Positions 52,241-64,000 of a DNA stretch of 64,000 nt are shown here, in pieces. The notes beneath the pieces are model-generated. The model was given only the letters and a program-made list of their open reading frames with translations. It had not been told where the DNA came from and did not search any database. Positions within the stretch are counted from its first letter, which is position 1; each line of letters opens with the position of its first letter. Source of the DNA: Camelus dromedarius (lineage: Eukaryota); contig NC_087447.1 of assembly GCF_036321535.1 (NCBI RefSeq), positions 45,510,001 through 45,574,000 of the forward strand, read 5' to 3'. The position numbers and the translations under genes were made by a program.

Positions 52241-53296
52241 ACTACATAGTAAATTACCATGTAAATACATTATTAATGAGAAAAATTATACTTAGTTTTA
52301 CTTTACTCATGTAATTCTCTGCATTCCTTAGCGTGTGTCCAAATTTGTACCTGATATCATTTTCTTTTAGCCCGAAAAACCTTATTTTTTTCCTAGAAAT
52401 TTACTAGATTAGAATTATAAATTGTAGGAATATTTTTCTTATACTACCTTAAAATATTATTTCTCATTTTTTAATTTCTTTCTTGGACAGTGAAAAACCT
52501 GGATACCACTGTCTACAATTCATTTTCTCATCATTTTATCCTTGTAGCATAAAAATAGTTTCAAAGTCATTAATCCATATTCCTTCCGGGAACACATTTA
52601 CAAACTCACGTACAGTGTTTGTATGCAGTTCTTTTTATCTTTAAACTTACAATGCCCAGTTAAAACACCATTTTTCTAAAGTTACTTTCCCCTTTCCCCC
52701 TCATGTCCCCCAGTGAGATTATGTCATGTATTGGTAATACAGATGAAATATTTTTTTCACAGTTGGCCATCCATCACGGGATCCCTCAACTTTATTTCCC
52801 CTTTTAAAATTTTCATACAACAAAGTTCATACTTTGTGGTTTACAATTCTATTAGTTTTGACAAAGCATACAGTCATGTTCAAACAAACAAATGGGAAAA
52901 AGGTGGAATGTACCCCAAGGTGCTAGATTACATATCTGTACACCGTAAATACACATATGTGTGTGACTGCTTATGTCCATATTTTTCTTTGTGTCTGAAC
53001 ATACTTATCACAGCTGTTTTAGAGTTCTTTTATTCTAATTCCAGAATCTGTTCATCTTGAGACTTTTTCCATTGATTGTTTTGCTTTCCTCTGATTAATT
53101 TTTTGCATTTTTCATATGTCTATTGTTTTTATGTGCCCATGGGCACTGTAGGCACTACGTTACTGAGAATCACGGTCATACTGTATTACATAAAAAGAGT
53201 CTGATTTGACATGGCAGGCAGCTGATTTTATTGGTAGATCCTTGTCTTGGTTTTAGGCGTTTTTTTAGGGTGGATGCTTACTAGCCCTTACTTCTG

Positions 53297-53825
53297 TGTT
53301 ACAGTAGTCTCTTATGATTGTCTCTGATCCACTCCATTGGCATAAGAGAGAGTTCCACCCCAAGGTTATGGGGATGGGTGAAACCATGACACTTGACATT
53401 GCAAATAAAAGTCTGGCAACAGTATACTGGCCACAGGTACTCCCAGACTGGGGAAACAGGATCACATGCCAAGCAAGGGACACACAGGAGTTGCACTTGG
53501 GAACAGAGTGAACAAGCAGGAGTTATGGCAGGCAACTTCTATATTAACAAGGAGGTGGGGTTACCCCCTTGTTCTCAGAGGACTACTTGACTGGCTTGTT
53601 TGAGTAATTTCATGAGTTGGCAGGGAAATGAAACCCATTAGTTGGAATGCAGTTGGTTTCACTGTTAGGGGAACTAGTGAGGGGAGACTTTTCTGCTAGA
53701 TGTGGGGCATATTTGGTAGCAACAGGGAAACTCATGGTTAGGCTTCTTAATACACTCTCACTTTAAGGTGCCCAAGTAGCACACGACACTGAATCTTAAT
53801 TTCATGAAACCAAAACCACACCACA
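53297..53825. mobile_element. ERVL-type solo LTR (MER73/MER74/MER54-like)
   Basis: TG...CA-bounded GC-richer block; catgccaagcaagggacacacagg...gggaacagagtgaacaagcagg recalled as typical of this group. Confidence 0.6.
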
Positions 53826-54719
53826 TACTCTTATTCCAGTGGTGTGGTCCTTCTAAGGTTTAAAATCAATGTCAAAGGATTTCAAAGGATCTTTCCTTTC
53901 CCTCTTGTTGAAATTCCAGTATGTCCTAGTACTGTATGAATTCCAGAATCTGTATTCAACCTCCAGCCCACCTTTTCCCCTCAATTATGTTCTCTGCCAA
54001 GCTTTCTGGAGCCTTGCTCTGTCAAATCACAGCTTACAATTTGGTGAAAAACTCATGCAAACACCTACACAGATTTCTAAGACTCCTTCCTTCTGCAACT
54101 TCCTTATATTCAGTAAATGCTCCAAATTTTAATTCATCATAGACTCTGAAATCAGTTTTCTCTTTTCTCCCTCCAGTAGGAAGACAACTGCTCTCAATTT
54201 GCATTCAACTGCCCTGTCTGAACTTTAAAGTGCAGTTAGGAAGAAAGCCAGGATCGATATGGAGTTCATTTCTTGTTCCTTTTATCACAGGGAATTACAA
54301 CTCTGCACTGTTTTTCAATGTTTGATATATTTTACATTTCTTGCCTAGAGATGGAGCTGACAAATGAGTATGCCCACAAAAACTGTATTTTGTTTTGTTT
54401 TGCGTCTATACTATGAAACAAAGAATTTCTATAAAACATTATTTTGGGGCACCATGAATTGTCTGCTTTGGTTTTCAACGCTGTGGCTAAATTTCTGATC
54501 TCTGTTTAACTACAGAGATACATGCTCAAAGTTGGAAAGTCCTTCATTTTATTAAAGTTTTTTTAATTGCTTTTGCAACAATATAAAGTTTCTTTGTTGC
54601 ACTTATATGAGATCATCCTATAATTTATTAAATGTTTAATGTGCACTTTTAAAGAACGTACTAGTGATTTGAGTATATTATTATATTACTCACTGTATTA
54701 CTATGAAGTAACACTAATA

Positions 54720-55090
54720 TTAAAATTACAGATAATTATTTGAATATTGGCAAGCATTAAGTTTTTTAATGGAGTACCTAACTGAATCCTCACAACAATA
54801 TGGTGAATTAGTTTTTTTCACTATTTCAGTTTCATAGATGAGGAAACTGAGTCAGAGGTTAAATAGCATACCCAAGTTTTCCGAGCTAATAAATGACAGT
54901 TAAGATTCAAATCCATGCAGCTTAACCCCAAGGCCATTGATGTTGACCATATATTCATTACCTCCCAATGGTAGTAATGTTATATTTTACAGACATGAGA
55001 AATGAGGCTCAAAAGAGCTTGTGCAACTTATGTAATTACCAGTGGAGATCATCTTTAACTCAGCTCTCTCTGATGTTGAAGTTCATTCTC
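54720..55090 (-). mobile_element. Two tandem MIR fragments
   Basis: aatcctcacaacaa...catagatgaggaaactgagtcagaggttaaa; ttttacagacatgagaaatgaggctc. Confidence 0.8.
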
Positions 55091-55234
55091 TCAAACAGGC
55101 TAGTTAGGTTTTAATCACAGTACAAGGGGGCTCAGTAACTGAAATACTCAGACATGGACAGGCCTGTTCAATCACAACAGAGTTTCTTTACAGCCCACCG
55201 CAAAACTTGTTTGGCAGTGACATGGTTAAAGGCT

Positions 55235-55340
55235 GTTGCTTCCCCAAAGCCCAGGATGTCCATCAGGGGAGGTTATCCAGGAATGTACTCTGGAGGAGGG
55301 TGAGACATGTCCTCAGATCTTGTCTCCTTGTGGGTAAGTC
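55235..55340 (+). promoter_or_regulatory. Putative promoter / first exon of the 59.8-kb OR
   Basis: Degenerate O/E-like sites (CATCAGGGGA at 55261 and neighbours) and donor TGG|GTAAGT at 55334. Confidence 0.35.
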
Positions 55341-57431
55341 AACAGCTTAGGGTGTGGAGTGGAAGGGAGTAAAGCCATTTGCCAAGGTTCCTTATCAGTG
55401 CTCATTTAAGGACAGTGTTAATATGTTTTGAGTTAAGACCCTGAAAAAGGACAGTACTGAAGATTCAGAGAAAGAAAAGGGGCTCTTCATCTTCAGATAT
55501 TGTCTGGGAGGTTATTGGATAAGTTTTCTAAAGAATTCCTCAAATGTGCTGCCATAACAGAACTAATTAAATGGGCAAGGAGGAGCTGGCAAATCACCAT
55601 CAACAGTCCTCCTTGTCTTAAATACAGCCTGATGTGTGTGTACCTGAACTGCACATGGATTCTATGTGCCTTAAGGGAGACAAGCTGAAATGAGGAAAAG
55701 TTTGAGGGATAGAATTGTACGGAGATTGATGGTTTGTGAAAACAGTTTGAAAAGATCTGTTTCTCCTTGCAAGGTGGAAGGTTAACAGAATGACGATGGG
55801 ATTTGATAAATTGAGGGTGACTGAGATAACTGCCATTATTTCTGAATCTTTGAAGCATCACCTTTGAAAAAGCTCTTCGCATTTTGAGCATGGTAAATAA
55901 ATTTGGGGAAAAAAAAGGATGGACAAATATAAACAATTATTATTTACTTTCTAAGTATTTTATAGAATACAAGGAACATGTCCATCCACTGTCTTAGTTT
56001 ATCATCAAATAAATCTAGGATCTAGGTATACTATGAGAATTGGTACAATTCACCGATTTCCATTCTTTAGATGATGGGAAAAGTGAAATTAGCATAGTTA
56101 TTTGTGAGTACATGCATGTTGTATGAAAAGAGAATGCTTTGTGAACATGAAACCTATTCTCTGGTCATTTCCTATTACTATCACAGCAGAATATTCTCTT
56201 AATGCTACTAATCTGAATCCTAATATGGTTGCAGAAGAAAATGGATATTGGTGTTAGGAAATGCAGCCTGGCTTCCCACTTGGTCTTCTCCAAGATGCTA
56301 CAGGTTTTTGTCTGATTGGAAATCTGCTGACAAGACAAAACAAAGAGTTTCTATAAGGAAGAAACTCATAGTGCATTCTTAACACTTTAGGGAAAATAGT
56401 TCCTGCTTAAGTCCAAGTTTTATCCAAGTTGTTTTGTTTGTTTATTTCATTTCACTTTTTTAGTGTTTTGTGCTGAAGCCCGGACCAGAATCAGGTACCC
56501 AGCTTTCAATTATATTCTTCTACTTCTTACCACTGAATTCCTCCACCCAACAAGTATTCCTTAAAAATTAAAACAAGAATCATCACATAGAAACATATGT
56601 ACACACACACACAAACTCACAAAACTCTTCTTCTTCTAGGCAATCAGCTAAGTGCAATATATATGAAAAAAAAATATGATCCACATATATAAGCCTCTCA
56701 ATGTGTTTTTCAAAGTTCCCTTTTCTCAAAGTCTAAGAAAGAGGAATAATGTCAGGAACCCTGAATCCTCTTACACTATGGACATTCATTGTATTTTTAC
56801 CTCTAAGTGTGAATCCTTTGGGTGAAGTAAGAATCTTTTAGTTTGGTAAGCAATGTTAAAGATTTTTCCCTAATATTAAAGAAACTGTGCAAGGTGAAAT
56901 TAGGATGGAGAATTCATAGATAGCAATTAAACATTTATTTTGAATGTACAATAATTCTCACTCAATGTCTTCAAACATTTCTTCACCTTATTTCACATTT
57001 TGCTCCATCTGTCAGTAACTGACTAGAAATTCATCAATCTATATGTACAAGGGATAAAACAGCTTGTCCAACTTCCTATAACAAGAGAATTTAGTGGACA
57101 GATTACCTGATTAACTATTTGGTACTTCTCAAATAAATTATAAAGAAAAACAGAGCATCCTTATCTACAATAACCGTTATATGTTTTTTTGATCTTTAAT
57201 GACCTATGCTAAAATCATTTGGTGCATCCCAAAGAATCTGTTTGTGACTGAGCATCCTTGCTGGTCCTATCTCAAAGATTAGCACGGAGATGCAATCTTT
57301 CTTTATCTAAGGGTGTTTCTGTTCTCTTAACTCATAATCTTTGCTTCTGCCTCACTTCCTTGTTTAAGTGGAACCTCAACAGCATCACACTCATCTGTTT
57401 ACCAAGTAATACTATTCTTAACACTGTACCA

Positions 57432-57621
57432 CAGTGACTCTCAGACGTTGGTTTGCAACAGAATCACGTGGAGGGTTTGTTAAAACACCTTAATGCTGGG
57501 CTTCAACCCAAGAAATCCTGATTCAGTAGGTTTGAGGTGGGACCTAATAACCTGTACTTAGTACAAGTTCTCATGTGCTGCTGATGCCACTAGCCCAGGG
57601 TCCACACTTTCAGAGCCACTT
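57432..57621. mobile_element. MER5A-like hAT DNA transposon relic
   Basis: cagtgactctca...gaatcacgtggagg...ctgattcagtaggtttgaggtggg...ccacactttcagagccact, about 190 bp with degenerate TIRs. Confidence 0.85.
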
Positions 57622-59763
57622 GTTATACATTCAGCACATAAGAGAATATGCTTCCATCCTACTACCTCTGCCTGGTGAAATGCACCTTTCTTAAGTAATT
57701 GTGTTGGTTCTAGAAAGTCACCTCTGTTCTCTTAACTCTCCTATTTCTATCCCAGTTCCAGCTATAATAGATAACTAGCTCCTAGTTAACTCGTGTGCTA
57801 ATAAGCTGAGGTTTTCCCTGATGCATGTCTCTACATTCCTTAGCAATCACTCACCCACTCACCCATGGACACACGGATCTCCAACTTTCTTGCTCCTTTT
57901 TGGTGCTTTGCTTCTCCCATTGCTCCCTCCTCAGAGAGCTTTTACCTAAACTCTCAGTCTAAAATAGCACCCCTTTCTCTTTCCACTTTGTTTTATTTTC
58001 TTCACGTATTTGAAATAATATTGACTCATGCTTCCCCTATTATTGAGATACTATTTTTTTCCTAGTTCTGTTTTTAGCATCTAGAACATTGCCTGAGACA
58101 GTTTAATTACTGAATGAAAACACAGGCACCTAATCTCGTGGTAGTAAAGTAGATTACCACAGAAAAACCAGAAAGGCCATCATGAAGGGATTTTTAAAAA
58201 ACAGCAATTCATGGGAGTTTTTAGTTTACTCTGATTTAAGGATAGGCTTATGAGTGTGTCAAGTCTATTTGTTACTCGCTAGCATTTGCATTCAAACAAC
58301 AATATCCAGAGTGAAAAACACTGAGTCAGACAGATTAATTTCCAGTCCTGGATCCTCCTATTATGACCTATGCAAACTTAGGAAAGTTAATGATTAAGTT
58401 TCTTAGTCTGGAAAAACCAATCTTCCAACTTATGAAGTCTGAGATGCTTTAAAATAGTCTATGTGAAAATGTTCTGTAAAGTACTTTAGATGAAAGAAAA
58501 TGGTAATAAGCTACACTTACACCTTTTTTTACCTGCAGAAGAAAAAGTGACAGAATTCATAGGTACGTGGACCTACTTTTCAGAGAGTAATACTGGATTG
58601 CATTTCCCATGACATAAAAAAGGAAATGTGATAAAATAAAGAAAAAAACAATGCGATCTGTAAAAAAAAAATCCCTGAATATATGATCAAGTAAGATTCC
58701 TTAAAATTAAGTCATCCTTTTTCACTATTATTCTTCAATGTTTTGTATTTCTGGAAAACTCCAGAAATCTTCCTCCTTTGTTTATGATTAGAAGGGAAGA
58801 TGAAAAGCTTTCAAACTGAGTTCTCTTTCACTGTTCTCTGAAAAAAATGGAACTCATAATGGACCAAATATATGAAGATAGCTGAAATGGCATGAGGTGA
58901 GACAGCGGACAAAATTCAAGGTAAAGAACACAGGAAAATCAGAAGATCAATCCTCAGACTGTGGTATTTCTCCAGAAATTATTTTATAAGTATACTTAAT
59001 TATAAAAATTAATGTACTTTTCTATATTCTCATCAGTATAATGCTGAATAGTTACTGATAATCTTTAACATACCTGGTCACTATGAGTTAGGAATCATCT
59101 TACTTAATGTTCTGCACACACAGCTCTATAAGAATAAATCATATTTGAATAAATGTCCAACATTTTTGCCATAGCTTGGAATTTTAAATTGCATATATAA
59201 AAAGGATGTATTTGTGTGCTCACACAGGAGGACTGACATTTAAAAGGGAACCGTTTTGATTTGTTTTAAATCTGAAAGATGGTATCTCTCTGCAAAAATC
59301 TCATACAAAATTCACTACATTGCGGAAGTACCTATTGAAAGGCATGTGAAGGAGGTCCTGACAGGGAGTCAGGACACCTAAATTTTGGTTCCAGATCAGA
59401 AACACTGACTGTATTGGAACCAAGAGTTCATTGCTCAATATGTACAATATAGAGTTGGAACCCTTTCAAAAGCCATGATTCAAATTCTGATTTTGGGTCA
59501 ACTCTTGTCATGTGGCTCCAGGGCCAGGCTTATAATGTCTGCAAGATTTCTTCTAATAATTCAAAAATCATCTTTTTTTAAGGGTTCTTGATCTATGAAC
59601 CAGGTGAAATACTTGGGCAAATTAAAAGGCCATGGTTATCATAAAATCATTTCGAAGAGTCTTTGCAAAGTCTTGATTCATAGAACAGGTTCTGACCCAG
59701 CAATCCTTTGGTTCTAGGGCCTGTGATTGTCCTTCTGTCTGGAGTCCTGCCCCTCAGGTCATC

Positions 59764-60717
59764 ATGTCTGACTCCAACCACACCTCCTTCTTCCTAACCA
59801 GCCTCCCAGGTCTTGAGGCTGTGCACACCTGGCTCTCCATCCCGTTGTGCGCCATGTACGTGGCATCACTGGCAGGAAACAGCCTGATCCTGAGGGTGGT
59901 GAGGTCAGAGCCCTCCCTGCACCACCCCATGTACTACTTTCTGTCTATGCTGGCTGTGACCGACCTGGGCCTGTCTGCCTCCACACTGCCCACCATGCTC
60001 ACCATCTACCTGCTGGGTGTCAGGGAGGTGGCAGTAGATGTGTGCCTGGCCCAGCTCTCCTTCATCCACACTTTCTCCGTCATGGAGTCCTCTGTGCTGC
60101 TGACCATGGCCTTGGACCGTTTTGTGGCCATCAGCCACCCTCTGCGCTATGGCATCATCCTCACGAGTCCCAGGATTGCCATGTTGGGTCTGGGCGTGCT
60201 GGTGCGCAGCATTGGTCTCCACATCCCAGCCCCCATTATGCTGAGGAAGCTGCCTTACTGCAGGAATCACCTGCTGTCTCACTCCTACTGCTTGCACCCC
60301 GACGTCATGAAGCTGGCCTGTGCTGACACCCACGTCAACAGTGCTTATGGTCTCTTTGTGGTGCTGTCCACGCTGGGTGTGGACTTGGTGCTCATTGTCC
60401 TCTCCTATGGGATCATCCTCCAGACAGTGCTGGCCATTGCCTCCAAGGCTGAGCGCCTCAAAGCCCTTAACACCTGTGTCTCCCACGTCTGTGCTGTGCT
60501 GCTGTTCTACACACCTATGATCGGCCTGTCTATGATCCACAGATTTGGAAGGGGGGCTTCCCCTTCCAGCCACATGCTGCTCTCTTATCTGCACTATCTT
60601 ACACCTCCAGTGCTCAATCCAGTGGTTTACACCGTTAAGACCAAGCAGATTCGACTGAGAATGCTGCACATCTTTTGCTCAGGCAGGGCCAGCAGCAGAG
60701 ATATTCAGGATCATTAA
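59764..60717 (+). CDS. Intact class I (OR51-family) olfactory receptor, 317 aa
   Basis: LHHPMYYFL, MALDRFVAI, LSHSYCLHPDVMKLAC, KALNTCVSH, HRFG, PPVLNPVVY; NHT sequon; acceptor ccctcAG at 59757 just before the ATG. Confidence 0.92.
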   Translation: MSDSNHTSFFLTSLPGLEAVHTWLSIPLCAMYVASLAGNSLILRVVRSEPSLHHPMYYFLSMLAVTDLGLSASTLPTMLTIYLLGVREVAVDVCLAQLSFIHTFSVMESSVLLTMALDRFVAISHPLRYGIILTSPRIAMLGLGVLVRSIGLHIPAPIMLRKLPYCRNHLLSHSYCLHPDVMKLACADTHVNSAYGLFVVLSTLGVDLVLIVLSYGIILQTVLAIASKAERLKALNTCVSHVCAVLLFYTPMIGLSMIHRFGRGASPSSHMLLSYLHYLTPPVLNPVVYTVKTKQIRLRMLHIFCSGRASSRDIQDH

Positions 60718-61910
60718 GTCTTTGGTAGCAAGAGAAAACGCTGCATTAAGGAAGGAGGATGCAATAAAGGACTCTTCCTCATGGGGATTATATGTACAGG
60801 GATTTTCCAGATTACTTTTGATATCACTGAGTTCCAAACATGAATGAATGACTGGGTTACATTTTTGAGGAAGACTTCTGGCAACAGTGAAATATTCATG
60901 AGGCAATAAATGTAATTCCAGACATGTGAGAATCAGGCTTGTGAGTACTTAGTTTCACTTTTAGAGCACTCCAGGATTTAGCTGTTTTCCTTTCCCTCTC
61001 AATATAAATTTCAAATGTCTTTGGCAACAGTATTTCACCTAGTTCCTAGTCACCTTCACAAGGATTTCTATAGAGGTTTTGCCCCCACCAGGCTCCCTTT
61101 TCCTTTCCTGATTCCATCATCTCCAATCTACTGAATAGTCACCACTTACCCCCCTAGATGAGACAGGAAGACAGACAGCAGAAGCTGGAGAGGAGAGGAA
61201 TTCTCTTCCCCCAACTGGGATAAGGTTCTGACAGTCTTTACCCCTGAAACACTGGTATGTATTATGGAGAGGACTCTGGGTATATTTCACAGTGGTTGCC
61301 CTTCCCTCCCCATCCCTTTGCCAGAGCCACAAGTATGTCTTCCTTTGTTTCTCATTTATAACATAGCTAAGTTTATGAAGCAGATTTATTACAGATGACC
61401 TGGAAATGGGGTCTACTACTTTAGAATTTTGGTTGCCAATAATAAAAACAGAGTTAAAACAAAATTAAGCAACACGCTGAAAGTTATTTCAATTATACAC
61501 GGACAGGCTATGAAAGATAAAGGCAGGGATGCAGCCTGAATTCCTGAGTAACAGAATGTCAGATTGGAAAAGAAATCAGGAATGGAAATTAAGCCAAGTC
61601 CTCCCTCTTCCATCCACCACACATACACACTCAAGGACAAACAGTTCCTTTTCTCTGCACATTTTCACATGCCTGTTTTGCTGTACCATATCTTTAGATC
61701 TGCCGATACATCTGAATACTGACTGGTACCCAACTGTGACAGAACATCTAATTCACATTGAAGAAAGTCTGCATAGAGCAAGACTGTGCAAGTGCATGAG
61801 TGGTACCCACTCCCAAGATTACTCCCTCATTCATTAACTCTCTCAGTAGGAAGATAATACAACTTTAGGATAATAAATCCATCTAAGATAATAAAAATCC
61901 ATTCACAGCA

Positions 61911-61958
61911 GGGGGAGGGTACAGCTCAGTGGTAGAGCACATGCTCAGCACTTACGAG
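61911..61958 (+). mobile_element. Head of a tRNA-Ala-derived SINE (camelid-type), 3' part missing
   Basis: ggggagggtacagctcagtggtagagcacatgctcagca contains a Pol III A-box; no B-box or tail follows. Confidence 0.75.
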
Positions 61959-62379
61959 AAGGCTGAGATTTCTTAGCATGGCACATCGAATCCTCCTCGC
62001 TCATATTTCTATAATTTCTTTAGATATTAAATTCCAGAAACACAAAGACACTTATGATCTTGTAGTGCCTAATGTCCATCTTACTGTTTCTCACATTTGT
62101 ACTTTGACTTATCCTGACTCACTCCCTGAAAAGATCTTCCCAATCCCAAATGTTTGTTCCAACACACAGATCCTCAGGTTTTGTCATTTGAGTTCTGAGT
62201 GGTCAGCTCTAAAGATGAGATGAGAACTCTTTAAAGGACCTCTTTCTTCCCTCATGCACTTTAGGCTTGTCTCAGATTAGAATGGAGCATTGAGAATATG
62301 AAGAAGTACACTTTAGACAGAGATTTCCCAGTCACAAAGGACTCTTTCTACAGTCCGTTGCAGAATTTCTTTGGCAATG

Positions 62380-62535
62380 ACTTTCCCTAATCCCTGGAGG
62401 GAACCTTCTGTATTCCCCAAGGGAAAGATATTTAGGGCATTGGCCAGATTGCTGTAAAACCACTCCTCACTGTGAACTCCCTGTCATCGAAATCTTGAAG
62501 ACATACTTTCAGCTTCGATGTTCTCAAGGGTGAGT
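62380..62535 (+). promoter_or_regulatory. Putative OR promoter and first exon of a gene whose CDS lies beyond the window
   Basis: TAATCCCTGGAGG 62388-62400, TCCCCAAGGGA 62414-62424, donor AGG|GTGAGT at 62530. Confidence 0.5.
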
Positions 62536-64000
62536 CAACATTGTTGGGCTTGGAAAGGAACACAGAAACAGCCATACATTTGAGGATGGTACCAGTAAGT
62601 TTTGTGGTGAAGCCCCAAATATCAGTCAGTGCATTTGATGTCTAGAAAGACAAAAGAAGAGTTATGCTCTAAGACTCCCTTTGGGAGGTATTGGGAGATA
62701 TATCTTCCTTATGACCTGTTTCAAGTATACTGCTACAAGGGAACAATAGAATGTATAAGAGGCTGGAAACCCACTGGCAAGTCTTCTCCTTTTCTTAAAT
62801 ACATCTTATATATCTACATCTTTTCTTAGATACATCTTGTGTACTTGAATCTATGAGTGGATTAATTCTCTCCCCCTCAAATAAGTCAAGCTAAGGTTGA
62901 GGATGGTTCATTGAAAATAACGGCATAGAGAGAAAGCTGTGATATGAAGTGAGTCCAAAAAGATAGGGTGGCTTTCCTCATGTAAAGAAAAAAAAAAGTG
63001 ATAGGTTCAGTCAATAAACTCAAGGTTATTGAGACAAAAGTCAATATTTTCTAAATCACTGAACTATCAACCTTGAAAACATACTGCAAAACTTAAAATT
63101 AAAGAATTTGAGGAGTAATTAAAACATAATCTAAATTTTCAAAATTATTCATCTCAATCTTCTTATTAAATATTGCCTCTCTATGATGTGTTACCACCTT
63201 GATATGATCTGCATGTACCTAAAGGTATGAGATTTATTTGGGGAATAACAACCATCATTTTTGGACTAGCATGGAGTATGAATCTCAATGAGTTTTTGGT
63301 ATCAATCCTAACGTGGTTGCAGAAAGAGTAATATATAGATTTAACGCAAAATATGGTACTGTCTCCAACTTTGCTCTCCCTCTGATGACACTTATTAATA
63401 GCTATGTTAAGATCTACCTAATGGTAAACAGTAAGAGTTCCCTGAAGCAATTAGCTTATAGCCTATGCTTACAAATTGTGCAAATGAACTTCTGCCCCCT
63501 CTTCTCCTCAGCTGTAGCTAAGAATTGTTTGTCTGCAGCAGACAAAATAATGTTGACAATCTTCTAATACTGAATTATATATTTCCCAAATATTCACAAC
63601 GCATAATTTCTAGGAATCTTCAAGTTAAATAATTCGGTAAAGAGGGATGGGACTGCTAATGCAATCTACAGAACTCCAGAATGAATATAAAGTTCAATTA
63701 AATTTATTCAGAATTTGTGATAACATTATCCAAGTCTTTTCCTTTGTGCCCTGCAACAATTTCCATCACTAAATTTCTTTTTAACAGCACATTGCTATTT
63801 ATATCCAAAAACACGGTCTCCTGACAGGTACTGAATAAATGTGAGAAATAAAAATAAATAAATAGGACATGCTCTGAATACTGATGGATTTCAAATGCTT
63901 GTTTTATAATGCTTATTTTATTGCCCTAATTAGGACAGTACAAGTAATATTGCTGATTCTGACCATCCCAAGAGCTTGTGTCCTCACATCAGAAGTCTGA

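Noticed and set aside
59905..60669. 254-aa antisense ORF (and 159-aa shifted ORF at 59847)
   Set aside because: Lies wholly within a GC-rich OR CDS; explained by codon composition; no recognisable protein features.
61911..61985. tRNA-Ala gene
   Set aside because: No T-arm/B-box or acceptor-stem partner; SINE head only.
1..64000. CRISPR arrays, operons or prokaryote-like systems; a cluster-wide class I enhancer (J-element-like)
   Set aside because: No repeat-spacer arrays or non-OR genes seen. Motif clusters sit at promoter-like distances from individual ORs, and I cannot identify a long-range enhancer by eye.

Overview
AT-rich mammalian genomic DNA containing a tandem cluster of class I (OR51-family) olfactory receptor loci, each with a single coding exon. 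Four ORFs are intact: 929-1873 (OR51V1-like), 38151-39122, 48463-49410 and 59764-60717. Three adjacent loci are pseudogenes: 14255-15208 (+), 24278-25224 (+) and 29896-30848 (-). Intergenic DNA is mostly transposon relics (L1 3' ends, MIR, L2, solo LTRs, MER5A) plus putative Ebf(O/E)/homeodomain promoter motif clusters with non-coding 5' exons. A tRNA-Ala-derived SINE head and the young L1 3' ends suggest a camelid genome (inference from recall, not a database search). I found no convincing novel biological system. The best leads are an intact OR lacking both partners of an ECL2 disulfide, loss of all three 'HEPQY/F' receptors, inverted L1s flanking one OR, a perfect 20-bp hairpin at an L1 5' junction, a GC-shifted OR, and candidate promoters with no coding exon in the window. 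Repeat subfamily names and old-repeat boundaries are approximate, by-eye calls.
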